Made by a program: the position numbers and the translations under genes. Source: an uncultured Verrucomicrobiae bacterium (GTDB lineage Bacteria; Verrucomicrobiota; Verrucomicrobiia; Chthoniobacterales; Chthoniobacteraceae). Taken from it: a stretch of DNA of 64,000 nucleotides. Below, piece by piece: positions 48,310 through 57,837 of this stretch; within the stretch, counting starts at the first letter, position 1; each line of letters opens with the position of its first letter. Below the pieces are notes generated by a model. The model had not been told where the DNA came from and did no database searches. It saw nothing but the letters and a program-made list of their open reading frames with translations. Location of the stretch: contig CAWIKF010000001.1 of the NCBI GenBank assembly GCA_963836755.1, positions 128,001 through 192,000 of the forward strand. Reading direction: 5' to 3'.

Positions 48310-49421
48310 GAGCCGAGGATCGCATGGTCCCAGTCTTTCCAAACGGGATCGTAGCCGCGCCGACGCAGCAATTCCGCTACTTCGTGAGGCGAGCGCTCAT
48401 CGGCAATCGCAAATTGCTCCGTCGCGTTTGCCGCGGGGTCGAGATGTTCTGGCGTGATTTGCCGGCCGTGCACCGTCTGGTGCAGTGCGCGTTTCCCCTG
48501 GCCGGTGTAGCCGCCCGGCTCGGTGTGGCTGCCCGCGCTCATCATCGTCACGCCGAGCGGCAGCAGACTGTCACGCAATCCAGGCGCCTCGCGAGTGCTG
48601 AGCACCATGCCGACTTGCGGAAAAGTGAGGCGCAGTGCGCAGAGGAGCTGCGCGAATTCGCGGTCGGGCAGGGGATGTGTAGGCTGAAACTCGCCCGGCG
48701 CCGGGCGCAAGCGAGGGAGGCTCACGGTGATCTGCGCCTTCCAGCAGTTTCTTAACAAATGATTGACGTGTGCTGCGAGCATCAGCGCTTCCTCGCGCCA
48801 ATCCCAAAGGCCAAAAAGCGCGCCGACTCCTATGCGCCGAAACCCCGCTGCGTAAGCGCGCTCGGGGCACGCGAGTCGCCAGTCATAATCTTTTTTCGGT
48901 CCGCTCCGGTGCATCTCGGCGTAGGTCGCGCGATGATACGTTTCCTGATAAACAACCAGCGCGTCTGCTCCGGCGCGCACCAGCGGTTCGTAGTCCGCCG
49001 TCTCCATCGGGCCGACCTCGAGCGACACGCTCGGAATTTCCGCCGCGAGCCGCCGCACGCACATTTCCAGATAACCGTTGGAAACAAACTTCGGATGCTC
49101 GCCGGCCACCAGCAGCACATTGCGAAAACCTTCCGCCGCGAGATGCCGCGCCTCGCGCATCACCTCGTCGATTTCCAGCGTCACGCGCAGGATCGGATTT
49201 TCGCGCGAGAATCCGCAGTAAGCGCATGAGTTGATGCATTCATTGGAAAGATAAAGCGGCGCGAAAAGCCGAATTGTGCGGCCAAAATTCTGCAGCGTGA
49301 GCGCCTGCGCATCGCGCGCCATTTTTTCCAGATCCGCATCGCTCTTCGGCCCGAGCATCCCCGCGAAACGGCGCAGCACGGGCGTTCGCAGGGAGTGGAC
49401 GAGCGATTCGGCGAGCGTCAT
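48306..49421 (-). CDS. thiH: 2-iminoacetate synthase (radical SAM)
   Basis: PLYLSNECINSCAYCGF, YQETY, SLPRLRP, SAGSHTEPGGY, EQFAIADER. Confidence 0.93.
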   Translation of the reverse strand: MTLAESLVHSLRTPVLRRFAGMLGPKSDADLEKMARDAQALTLQNFGRTIRLFAPLYLSNECINSCAYCGFSRENPILRVTLEIDEVMREARHLAAEGFRNVLLVAGEHPKFVSNGYLEMCVRRLAAEIPSVSLEVGPMETADYEPLVRAGADALVVYQETYHRATYAEMHRSGPKKDYDWRLACPERAYAAGFRRIGVGALFGLWDWREEALMLAAHVNHLLRNCWKAQITVSLPRLRPAPGEFQPTHPLPDREFAQLLCALRLTFPQVGMVLSTREAPGLRDSLLPLGVTMMSAGSHTEPGGYTGQGKRALHQTVHGRQITPEHLDPAANATEQFAIADERSPHEVAELLRRRGYDPVWKDWDHAILGS

Positions 49422-49546
49422 GGAATGCTTAATATGAAGCGATGCGGCACGATGACAACGCGTTTTCGTCCGTCGGATGAAACAACTTGCGCCGCGTGGA
49501 AAAGGCGGCGTTTATGCGGCGCGATGCGCAAAGTTTTTCGACCGCT

Positions 49547-50737
49547 GTGAATCATTTTTGGATTGCCTATCACGCGGTGGTCGTCGCGTTGCTGCTCCTT
49601 TCGCTCGCGATGCTTGCCATCAATCTCACGGGATTTCCGGCGATGAAGCTTCCGAAAAAGTCCGCAAAAATGGATGCAGACGCGCCGCTGATTTCCGTGC
49701 TCGTGCCGGCACGGAATGAAGAGCGGCGGATCGGCGCGTGCGCCGGTTCGCTGCTCGCGCAGGATTATCCAAACTACGAATTGCTTGTGCTCGATGATCG
49801 CTCCGACGACGCGACCGCGGAGATCCTCGAGCAGCTCGGCATTTCCGAAAGCGGCGGAAAAATAGGTCGCAGGCTCAGCGGAACGGAGCTGCCGGCGGGA
49901 TGGACCGGAAAAAATTGGGCTTGCCATCAACTCTCGCAGCAGGCGCGCGGCGAGTGGCTGCTTTTCACCGATGCCGACACGACGCACGCGCCACAAACTT
50001 TGACGGCAGCGATAGCGCTCGCGCGCAAGACGCACGCGGATTTGCTTTCGGCGTGGCCGCTTTTGGTGACGAAAACGTGGAGCGAAAAAGTGGTCATCAC
50101 CGTGCTGCATCTGCTCGGTGTCGTGAATTTCCCGCACGCGCTCGTCGCGTGGCTGCAGCGCGATCCTGCGCGGGCGCGGCGCGTCCCGCCGCAGATTCGG
50201 CGCGCTCTCGGCGGTGCGAATGGCCAGTTTATTCTCTTCCGAAAAAGTTCCTACGACGCGATCGGCGGGCACGCGGCGGTGCGGCATCATCTTGTCGAGG
50301 ACGTGGCACTTGGGCGCGAAGTCGCGCTGCGGATGGGCGAGGGAATGCGCGTGGTCAATTGCGACGGCGGCAGATTTTTGACGGTGCGGATGTATGAAAA
50401 CTTTCGGGAGGTCTGGGAAGGTTTCACGAAAAATGCATGGGCCGCTTTTGAAAATGCGCTCGGGATTTGGTGGACTCTCGGCATCGGACAGTTGTGCATC
50501 TTTCTGTTGCCATTCGTGTTCGTTTGTTTTCCCAGCCAGAGAAAGCCGGCGCTCATCGAGATTGCGCTGATTTATCTGCTGCGAATCATCCTCGCAGTCC
50601 GTTTTCGCACCTCATGGCTCGGCGTCTGGCTGCATCCGCTCGGGCAGGCGCTGGCGATGGCGATCGCGCTCAATAGCTGGTGGCATTCCACGCGCGGCGG
50701 CGTGACGTGGAAGGGGCGCGTCTATCGCACGGAGTAG
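49547..50737 (+). CDS. GT2 glycosyltransferase (CrtQ/HpnB-like, membrane bound)
   Basis: PARNEE, DDRSDD, GWTGKNWAC, FTDAD, VEDV, C-terminal WKGR. Confidence 0.88.
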   Translation: MNHFWIAYHAVVVALLLLSLAMLAINLTGFPAMKLPKKSAKMDADAPLISVLVPARNEERRIGACAGSLLAQDYPNYELLVLDDRSDDATAEILEQLGISESGGKIGRRLSGTELPAGWTGKNWACHQLSQQARGEWLLFTDADTTHAPQTLTAAIALARKTHADLLSAWPLLVTKTWSEKVVITVLHLLGVVNFPHALVAWLQRDPARARRVPPQIRRALGGANGQFILFRKSSYDAIGGHAAVRHHLVEDVALGREVALRMGEGMRVVNCDGGRFLTVRMYENFREVWEGFTKNAWAAFENALGIWWTLGIGQLCIFLLPFVFVCFPSQRKPALIEIALIYLLRIILAVRFRTSWLGVWLHPLGQALAMAIALNSWWHSTRGGVTWKGRVYRTE

Positions 50738-50761
50738 TTGCAATTCGTCAGAGCCGACAAC

Positions 50762-51253
50762 ATGGTGCGGATTATGACGAGCAGCGATTTCTGGCACGTC
50801 CTGTCGAATCCCTTCACGCTCGGGCTGCTGCTCGGGCTCGTTTTCACAGGCATCGCGCTTTATCAGCTGTTCACGCTGAAGCTCGAGATGAAGCGCTACA
50901 AACGGCATCTCAGCGACAAACTCGAGATCGAGGCGGAGTCGATGAAACGCCTTCGCAGCGAGACAGAAGTTTTGCGAAAGGAAAATGAAAACCTGCGCGT
51001 GAAAGTCGCTGCGCTCAATGAAATGCCCGATCGCCGTGCGCTGCGCGACCTCGAGATTTTCGCGCGCGCCGAAAAGCATATGCTCATTTCCGTTCCCGGT
51101 TTTGCGCCGGCGTGGGAAAGCGCGAAGAACGACGCAGCCGGAGAACTCGCGGATGAGGAAATGGGAAAAAGTTTGCCGCAGCGTGTCTTCACGAAACTTT
51201 TCGGCGCACCGCGTCGCGACGAAAAGGCGCTGCCGGAATCGGAGACGGTTTAG
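50762..51253 (+). CDS. Hypothetical membrane-anchored coiled-coil protein
   Basis: One TM segment followed by a heptad-rich region. Confidence 0.75.
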   Translation: MVRIMTSSDFWHVLSNPFTLGLLLGLVFTGIALYQLFTLKLEMKRYKRHLSDKLEIEAESMKRLRSETEVLRKENENLRVKVAALNEMPDRRALRDLEIFARAEKHMLISVPGFAPAWESAKNDAAGELADEEMGKSLPQRVFTKLFGAPRRDEKALPESETV

Positions 51254-51317
51254 CGCGGCGGCAGGATGAGGGCGCACCTTGTTTTTTCGCGCGCCGTCCG
51301 TTAAATTTGCAGAAGAA

Positions 51318-51785
51318 ATGAGTAAACCCGTCGTCTTGGTGCAGGTGCGCGCGGTGCTGCCGACGAGCGCCGGACGCGCGGTTTTTCTCGGCAACGACGA
51401 AAAAGTTTTCGTGATTTACGTCGATGAAAGCGTCGGCGCGGCGATCACGATGTTCATGAGCAGCGCGCAAAAAGAGCGGCCGCTCACGCACGACTTGATG
51501 GGGCATCTCATGACCGCACTCGGCGCGCACGTGGAGCGCGTGATTGTCAACGACCTGAAAAGTTCCACCTATTTTGCGCGGCTGATCATCGTGGCTGAAA
51601 ACGAATTGCAGCAACGCAAGATCATCGAGCTGGACGCGCGGCCGAGTGATTGCATTGCGATGGCGGTGGCGCAAAAGGCGCCGATTTACGTGAGCCGCGA
51701 AGTCTGGGACGAAGTCGAGGACATGTCGAATGCGCTGAAAGAAATGTCCGAGGGCAAGAGCGAGGAAGGCGAGAGCGAGGCGTAA
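51318..51785 (+). CDS. Bifunctional nuclease (DUF151) family protein
   Basis: RPLTHDL, DARPSDCIAMA. Confidence 0.92.
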   Translation: MSKPVVLVQVRAVLPTSAGRAVFLGNDEKVFVIYVDESVGAAITMFMSSAQKERPLTHDLMGHLMTALGAHVERVIVNDLKSSTYFARLIIVAENELQQRKIIELDARPSDCIAMAVAQKAPIYVSREVWDEVEDMSNALKEMSEGKSEEGESEA

Positions 51786-51830
51786 AATTTTTCCGCCGCA
51801 CGCTGAATTTGCGGCGCAAATAATCTGCGG

Positions 51831-52124
51831 TTATTCGGCGTCTTCGCGATCGGCCCCGCACTTTTTGCACGGGCAATCGAGCAGGTCGCAGATCGCGCCA
51901 GTCGGTTCCTCCTTCACGATGAAACGCATGGTGCCATTTGGCAGATCGCGCACGATGAGCAGCAGATGCCGCGGCGCGAGTTCCTCGCGGCTGAGCCGGT
52001 TGAGCTTCGCCAGGAGATCGTGCCGCGTGAGTTCGTTACTGGAATGCTGGCGTGCGAGCTGAGACAGAACGATTCGAACTATCTCGGGCGGACGCCGATC
52101 CCGCGTTGCAGGGAAACTTGCCAT
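51831..52124 (-). CDS. Small hypothetical protein
   Basis: 97-aa ORF filling the gap downstream of the response regulator on the same strand. Confidence 0.5.
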   Translation of the reverse strand: MASFPATRDRRPPEIVRIVLSQLARQHSSNELTRHDLLAKLNRLSREELAPRHLLLIVRDLPNGTMRFIVKEEPTGAICDLLDCPCKKCGADREDAE

Positions 52125-52194
52125 GATTCATTCTCCACCCAGCGGCGGAAATGAGGTATCGGGCGGCGGCAGGAAAACTACATCCAAAGTTTCC

Positions 52195-52914
52195 CTATCC
52201 GCGGGGCGAGGCGGCGAACGAGCGATGGCCGTCGTGATTTCCCTCACTCTCGTGCTCGACCCAAAGCGTCGCGTGCTGAACCATTTCCAGTGCGCTGCTG
52301 AGGTTCAGCTTTTCCTTGATGTGCGCGCGATGACTCTCGACCGTCTTCGGACTGAGGTGCAATGCGGCCGCGATGTTGCGCGTGCTTTTTCCAGTGCCGA
52401 GCATTTCAAAAATTTCGATCTCGCGGTCGCTGAGCAATTGCAGCGGCGAAGGCGAAGCCGTTTTGCCCGGACCGCAGGTGCCGAGCGCCTTGTGAAAAAT
52501 TGCGCCGACGATGTTTTTGCTGACGTGATAATCGCCCGCGAATGCTTTGCGCAGGGCGGCGATGACTTCGGCGACGCTCTCTTTTTTCATCACATAGCCG
52601 AGCGCGCCGGCGCGCAACGCGCGTTCCGCGTAGATGCTTTCGTCATGCATCGAGAGGACGACGGCGGCGATGCGCGGATGCTGCGCCTTCATGTTTTTTA
52701 AAAACTCGATGCCGTTCATTCCGGGCAGCGAAATGTCCGAGACGAGCGCGTCGGGCAGCAGCGCGTTGATTGCGGAGAGCGCCTCAATCGCATTTTCGGC
52801 TTCGCCGCAAACTTCCATGTCCGGCTCCTGCTCGATGTAGAGCTTCAGCGCCTGCCGGACGATACAATGATCTTCAACGATGAAGATTCGCTTCTTTGCC
52901 TGTGCTTTTTTCAT
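52195..52914 (-). CDS. NarL/LuxR-family response regulator
   Basis: IVEDH, SDISLP, LSMH; LSDREIEIF..SPKTVESHR. Confidence 0.94.
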   Translation of the reverse strand: MKKAQAKKRIFIVEDHCIVRQALKLYIEQEPDMEVCGEAENAIEALSAINALLPDALVSDISLPGMNGIEFLKNMKAQHPRIAAVVLSMHDESIYAERALRAGALGYVMKKESVAEVIAALRKAFAGDYHVSKNIVGAIFHKALGTCGPGKTASPSPLQLLSDREIEIFEMLGTGKSTRNIAAALHLSPKTVESHRAHIKEKLNLSSALEMVQHATLWVEHESEGNHDGHRSFAASPRG

Positions 52915-54424
52915 CGAGTTGACCGAGTTTCTTTTCGGAAAAAACGCAGAGCACCTTCGTCCCGCGTTTCCCCGCCGCGCAGGCTTCAAAGGAGCCGCCG
53001 AGCAGGTTCGTGCGGTATTGCATCGAGTGGAGACCGATGCCGTGTTTCTTTGCCGATGCGCGCAGGATGCCGACGCCGTCATCGGAAATGCTCAGGCGGA
53101 TCGAGCCATCCACCTGGCTGAGATCAATGGCGATGTGCCGCGCGCGGCTGTGGCGCACGGCGTTGTTCACCGCTTCCTGCGCGATGCGGTAGAGATGAAT
53201 GGCGGCGTTTTTGTCCGCGATGGAAATTTGGCCGGACATAGTGAATGTGCACGGAATTTCGCAGCGCACGCTGGTTTCGGCTGCAAGATCTTCGAGCGCC
53301 CATGCCAGTCCATCGCGGCCGACTTTTACCGGAAAAAGTCCAGCGGCCAGCTGCCGCATTTCATCGGCGCTGTCGCGGACCATTCGCGAAAGGTCGCGAA
53401 CTTTTTCCGCGAGAAGCGGGTGATCGCGATCGAGATCACGCGCGATCACCTCGGCCAGCATCGCGAGGCCGGTGAAACTTTGGCACGGGCCGTCGTGCAA
53501 ATCCTGGCCGATGCGCGATTGCTCGCGCTCGCCGATCTCGAGCACTTCGCGCTGGAGCTGCTTTATCTCCGTCACATCCTGGCCGATCATCAGCACGCAC
53601 GGGCGGCCCTCGAGCTCGATCAATTCCGCCGCGATCAAGAAATCGCGCATCGCGCCGGACTTTGTCCGCACTTGCGATTCGTATCCGCGGATCGTGCCGG
53701 CTCTTTGCAGATCGGCGACCCGCTGATCGCGCGCCGTTTCATCAGCGTGAAAACCGAGCTCGATCGAAGTGTGGCCGATCGTTTCCTTGCGCGAAAATCC
53801 GGTGATCTTGCAGAAGCTCGCGTTCACATCGAGGAAGCGCCCATCCTCCAGCGACGTGATGGCGATGGCGCTCGGGCTCGCGCGGAACGCGATCGCGAAG
53901 CGCTCCTCGGATTGCCGCAGCGCGCGCTCGGTGCGACGGCGGTCGGAAATATCGCGCAGCACCGAGCGGCTCACCGTCTGGCCCGTGTGCGTGTCGATCA
54001 CCGGCACGCTGAGGAACTCGATCAACGGACGCTTCCGGCCGGGCGGTCCGATGTTGATTTCGCAGACATTTTTTTCGCGGGCGCTTCGGCAAAGGCGCAG
54101 ATGATTGAGAAAAGTCGGCATGCACGCTTTTTCCACAAACGGCAGCAGCGGCACGCCGATGAGGTGCATCCGCTCCTTGCCGAGAAGCCGCGCGGCCGTG
54201 ACGTTCAGCTCGAGGATGCAGCCGTGGTCATCGAGCGTGACGCAGCCGAACGGCGCGAAATCATAATGGTCGGCGTAATGGCTGCGCGCCTCCTCGAGCA
54301 ATTGCACAGTGCGCTCGAGCTCGAGGATTTTGCGCTCGAGCTCGGCGGGATCGGAGTGGCGCGTCGCGCGTCGTAGCGGCGGTGCGGGCCGGGATTTTCC
54401 ACGGCCCGAAATCCGGCCGCTCAT
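52874..54424 (-). CDS. Cytoplasmic PAS-PAS sensor histidine kinase (HisKA_3 type)
   Basis: Two PAS-like regions; RIGQDLHD, RIAQEAVNNAVRHS, DDGVG, GIGL. Confidence 0.92.
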   Translation of the reverse strand: MSGRISGRGKSRPAPPLRRATRHSDPAELERKILELERTVQLLEEARSHYADHYDFAPFGCVTLDDHGCILELNVTAARLLGKERMHLIGVPLLPFVEKACMPTFLNHLRLCRSAREKNVCEINIGPPGRKRPLIEFLSVPVIDTHTGQTVSRSVLRDISDRRRTERALRQSEERFAIAFRASPSAIAITSLEDGRFLDVNASFCKITGFSRKETIGHTSIELGFHADETARDQRVADLQRAGTIRGYESQVRTKSGAMRDFLIAAELIELEGRPCVLMIGQDVTEIKQLQREVLEIGEREQSRIGQDLHDGPCQSFTGLAMLAEVIARDLDRDHPLLAEKVRDLSRMVRDSADEMRQLAAGLFPVKVGRDGLAWALEDLAAETSVRCEIPCTFTMSGQISIADKNAAIHLYRIAQEAVNNAVRHSRARHIAIDLSQVDGSIRLSISDDGVGILRASAKKHGIGLHSMQYRTNLLGGSFEACAAGKRGTKVLCVFSEKKLGQLDEKSTGKEANLHR

Positions 54425-57345
54425 CCCGGCTGCTCCTCGATCGAGAGCAGGATCACCGGCTCGCCCTGCACGTCATGGTCGATGCGGCGCGCATTGAGCA
54501 GCATCCGCTTTTTTCCGATCTGCGGAAAAGTGTGGATGACCTCGAAATCCTGCACGCGCGTTTTTTTCGGCAGGATTTTTTCCAGCAGCGACCGGAGTTG
54601 CGGGATGTCCCACTGGCCGTTGCCGAGATCGTAGAGCAATTGCCCCTCGGTCTGCCGCGCGGTCACGACGAACGTTTTGTAAAATGCTGCGGTCGCCCAT
54701 TTCACGCGCAGCTCGCCATCGAGCACGAGAAATGACCCGCGCACCGTCTCCACGAACGCCTCCGCGTATGCGCGCGCCTGCTCCCTGTGCTTCGCCTCGC
54801 GCCGTGCCGCGTCGATGTCGAAAAGAATCAGCAGCACGCCGGTGATCTGGTTTTCCGAAGTCTCATACGGGCGCACCTGCAGCCGCCACCAATGGCCATC
54901 CTCGCCGCGCACCTCCGCCTCGCGCGTGTGCAGATGCGTGAGCACGTCGCGCAACATTTTCTCCAGATCCGGCAGATCGAAACCGAGTCGCAGGTTCGTG
55001 ATCGGGCGGCCCAAGTCGCCCGCGACAAGCTTGAACATTTTCTCCGCGACGGGCGTGAAACGGCGGATGCCCAGGTCGCGGTCGAGCATCACGATCGGGA
55101 TGTTCACGCTGCGCAAAAGATTGACGAGATCGTTGTTCACCTCGCCGAGATCGAGGTTCGTGTGCTTGAGTTCCTCGTTGACGGTTGTCAATTCCTCGTT
55201 CGTCGATTGCAATTCCTCCTTCGCCGTCTCGAGTTCCTCGTTCGTGCTTTGCAGTTCCTCGTTGCTCGACTGGATTTCCTCATTCGCCGAGCGCAATTCC
55301 TCGTTCGTCGCCTCGTGCTCCTCGATGACCGATTGCAAATGCTCGCGGCTCGCGGCCAGCTCATCCTCGAGCTGCTTCGCCCGCTCGTCACCGCCTTTCA
55401 ACCCGCCGCGCGCAGGCCGTGCGGATGGCGCCGGCTCCGGCGGACGCTCCTCGAAAAGCACCACGAAACAATGCTCACGCAACGCCGGCGAACCGAGCGG
55501 GATGACGTCGATATTCACGAACCGCGGCGGGCTCCCGCCGTGGCCGTTGATGCGGACATTTTCCTTGCGCACGGGCGAACCGATTTTTTTCGCGCGATTG
55601 ATCGCCGCCCGCAGCTCGATCTCAATCGCCGGCCGCGTCATGCGGAAAAGATTCAAGCTCGCCTCGCCCGACGATGGATCGAGAAAAGGCGCGACGCTGC
55701 CGCGGAACTGGATGATTTCCAGATTCTCGCCAACGACGATCGCTGGCGGACAATAGCGCGCCATCAACAGGCGGTCCGCCTCTTTTTGCACATCCAGCCG
55801 GCTCCAGATTTCCTTCTCGCCGCGCGGTTCGCCCGCCGAGCCGTGCGGCGCGGGCATTTCGAGATGTTCTTCCAAAACGGGATCGCCGGCACCGGCGCGC
55901 CGCACGAAGATTTTGTTTTTCGCATCCACGCTCTCGAAAATATCCGAGAACGCGCCGATCGATTCCGCGCTGCCGAGCAGCAGCCAGCCGCCGGGCTTGA
56001 GCGCGTAGTGAAAGATCGGGATCAACTTTTTCTGCGCCACCGGCTCGAAATAGATGAGCACATTGCGGCAGCTCACGAGATCGATCTTTGAAAACGGCGG
56101 GTCCTTGATCACATTCTGCCGCGCGAAGACGCACCGGTCGCGCACGGCCTTGCTGATCTGCCAGCCGGTTTCCGTGCGATTGAAAAAACGCCGCAGCCGC
56201 TCCGGCGAGACCTGCGCCTCGATACTCGCGGGAAAAATTCCTTTCCGCGCCTGCTCGACCACCCGCTCGCTCACGTCCGTCCCGAAAATCTGGATCGCAG
56301 GCGCGCCCGGCGTGTCACCCATGTATTCCAGCAGGCTGATCGCCAGCGAATACGCCTCCTCGCCCGTCGAGCAGCCGGGCACCCAGACGCGCACCGTGCG
56401 ATTCTGCCCGCGCTCCCGCATCAGCGCCGGATAGACCAGCCTTTCCATCGCCGCGAACGTTTCCGGCTCGCGGAAAAAACTGGTCACGTGGATGAGCGCG
56501 TCCTGGTAGGCCGCGTCCACCTCGTCGGGATGCGTCTGGAGATATTCGGCGTATTGCTCGTGATCGTCGATCCGGTGCACCACCATCCGGCGCTCGATGC
56601 GCCGGTGGATCGTCGTCTGTTTGTATTGGCTGAAATCGACACCCGTCGCGCTGCGCAACAGCGAGTAGATCTTTTTCAATCCATCCACCGGCGCCTCTCC
56701 GGCCTGCGGCTGCCGCCCTTTTACCACGAAGGGATGCTTGCCGAGCCGTGCGATCTCCTCCGCGATCTTCGCAGGCGGCAGCACGAAATCGACGCAGCCC
56801 GACCTCACGGCGCTGCGCGGCATGCCGGGATATTTCGCCGATTTTTCATCCTGCGCAAAGGTGATGCCGCCGTTGGCCTTGATCGCCATCAAGCCTTCCG
56901 TGCCGTCGCTCGCGTTGCCGGAAAGCACCACGCCGATCGACGTCCCGTCGCATTCGCCGGAGAGCGAGCGGAAAAATTCATCGATCGGCAGATGCGGGCC
57001 GTTGGTTTTCCCGCGCGGCCGCAGATGCAGCATCTCCCTGTCAATCCGCATCTCCACATTCGGCGGGATGATGTAAACGTGATCGCGCTCCACATGCATC
57101 CCATCGGTCGCCTCCGCCACCGGCATTTTCGTCGAGCGCTGGAGGATCGCGCTCAGGTGGCTCGGATGTTTCGGGTCGAGATGCTGCACCAGCGCAAAAG
57201 CGAGGCCGGTGCGCGCCGGGAGATGCTTGAAAAGTTCCGTGCAAGCCTCCAGCCCGCCCGCGGATGCGCCGATGCCGACCACTGGGCACGCCTCGGTGGG
57301 GCGGGGCTTCGATCCTTTCGCGCGGGAGGGACGCTTGCTAGCCAT
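54421..57345 (-). CDS. CheB methylesterase-CheR methyltransferase-coiled-coil-PAS fusion
   Basis: GASAGG, QHL, SDG; TSFFRE, GCSTGEEAYS, CRNVLIYF; EELQSTNEEL repeats; C-terminal PAS domains. Confidence 0.94.
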   Translation of the reverse strand: MASKRPSRAKGSKPRPTEACPVVGIGASAGGLEACTELFKHLPARTGLAFALVQHLDPKHPSHLSAILQRSTKMPVAEATDGMHVERDHVYIIPPNVEMRIDREMLHLRPRGKTNGPHLPIDEFFRSLSGECDGTSIGVVLSGNASDGTEGLMAIKANGGITFAQDEKSAKYPGMPRSAVRSGCVDFVLPPAKIAEEIARLGKHPFVVKGRQPQAGEAPVDGLKKIYSLLRSATGVDFSQYKQTTIHRRIERRMVVHRIDDHEQYAEYLQTHPDEVDAAYQDALIHVTSFFREPETFAAMERLVYPALMRERGQNRTVRVWVPGCSTGEEAYSLAISLLEYMGDTPGAPAIQIFGTDVSERVVEQARKGIFPASIEAQVSPERLRRFFNRTETGWQISKAVRDRCVFARQNVIKDPPFSKIDLVSCRNVLIYFEPVAQKKLIPIFHYALKPGGWLLLGSAESIGAFSDIFESVDAKNKIFVRRAGAGDPVLEEHLEMPAPHGSAGEPRGEKEIWSRLDVQKEADRLLMARYCPPAIVVGENLEIIQFRGSVAPFLDPSSGEASLNLFRMTRPAIEIELRAAINRAKKIGSPVRKENVRINGHGGSPPRFVNIDVIPLGSPALREHCFVVLFEERPPEPAPSARPARGGLKGGDERAKQLEDELAASREHLQSVIEEHEATNEELRSANEEIQSSNEELQSTNEELETAKEELQSTNEELTTVNEELKHTNLDLGEVNNDLVNLLRSVNIPIVMLDRDLGIRRFTPVAEKMFKLVAGDLGRPITNLRLGFDLPDLEKMLRDVLTHLHTREAEVRGEDGHWWRLQVRPYETSENQITGVLLILFDIDAARREAKHREQARAYAEAFVETVRGSFLVLDGELRVKWATAAFYKTFVVTARQTEGQLLYDLGNGQWDIPQLRSLLEKILPKKTRVQDFEVIHTFPQIGKKRMLLNARRIDHDVQGEPVILLSIEEQPG

Positions 57346-57761
57346 CTTGGTCAATAGAAAAGGTTATCTGCAAAGATTTCGCAACGATATTTCCCGCGCC
57401 AATTCGCAGACAGATGCGCGGCTGCATCGACGGCAAACTTTTAAAAATTCCCGCGCCAGAATGCATCTTCCGCGCCACGCCCTCAAAAGGGTGCGGAAAA
57501 CCACCCACACATAGCAGGAATTATAAATTCTTGAGCTGTTCACGCAATTCTGGGGTAAAAAAGACGTTTTCTTCAGGTGTTGGGACCAATAGCGAGCGAG
57601 AAATTCGCACTCTTGAGGATCTCGAAAAATTCAGGCAACAAAATGGCAGTTTAAGGACCATTTTCAATACACTCAGGGACAAATTTCTCATTTTCGAGAA
57701 GCGATAAGTCCCGACCATGTCAGGAATTTCCGGCGGAAGCACTGGTGTGGTCACAAAACCT

Positions 57762-57780
57762 CTTCCGGTTTCGCCGGAAG
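57762..57780 (-). terminator. Probable intrinsic terminator after the glycoside hydrolase gene
   Basis: CTTCCGG-N5-CCGGAAG followed by AGGTTTT on the minus strand. Confidence 0.5.
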
Positions 57781-57837
57781 CTCGTGTGTGGAGCTGTTGA
57801 TAAAATCGGTTGTAATTCACGTTCGTTTCGAAACCAT

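Noticed and set aside
55180..55320. 21-bp periodic DNA repeats (gttcctcgtt...)
   Set aside because: Explained by the coding EELQSTN heptads of the CheBR coiled coil.
52880..56091. Long plus-strand ORFs (498, 434 and 313 aa)
   Set aside because: Antisense shadows of the kinase and the CheBR gene.
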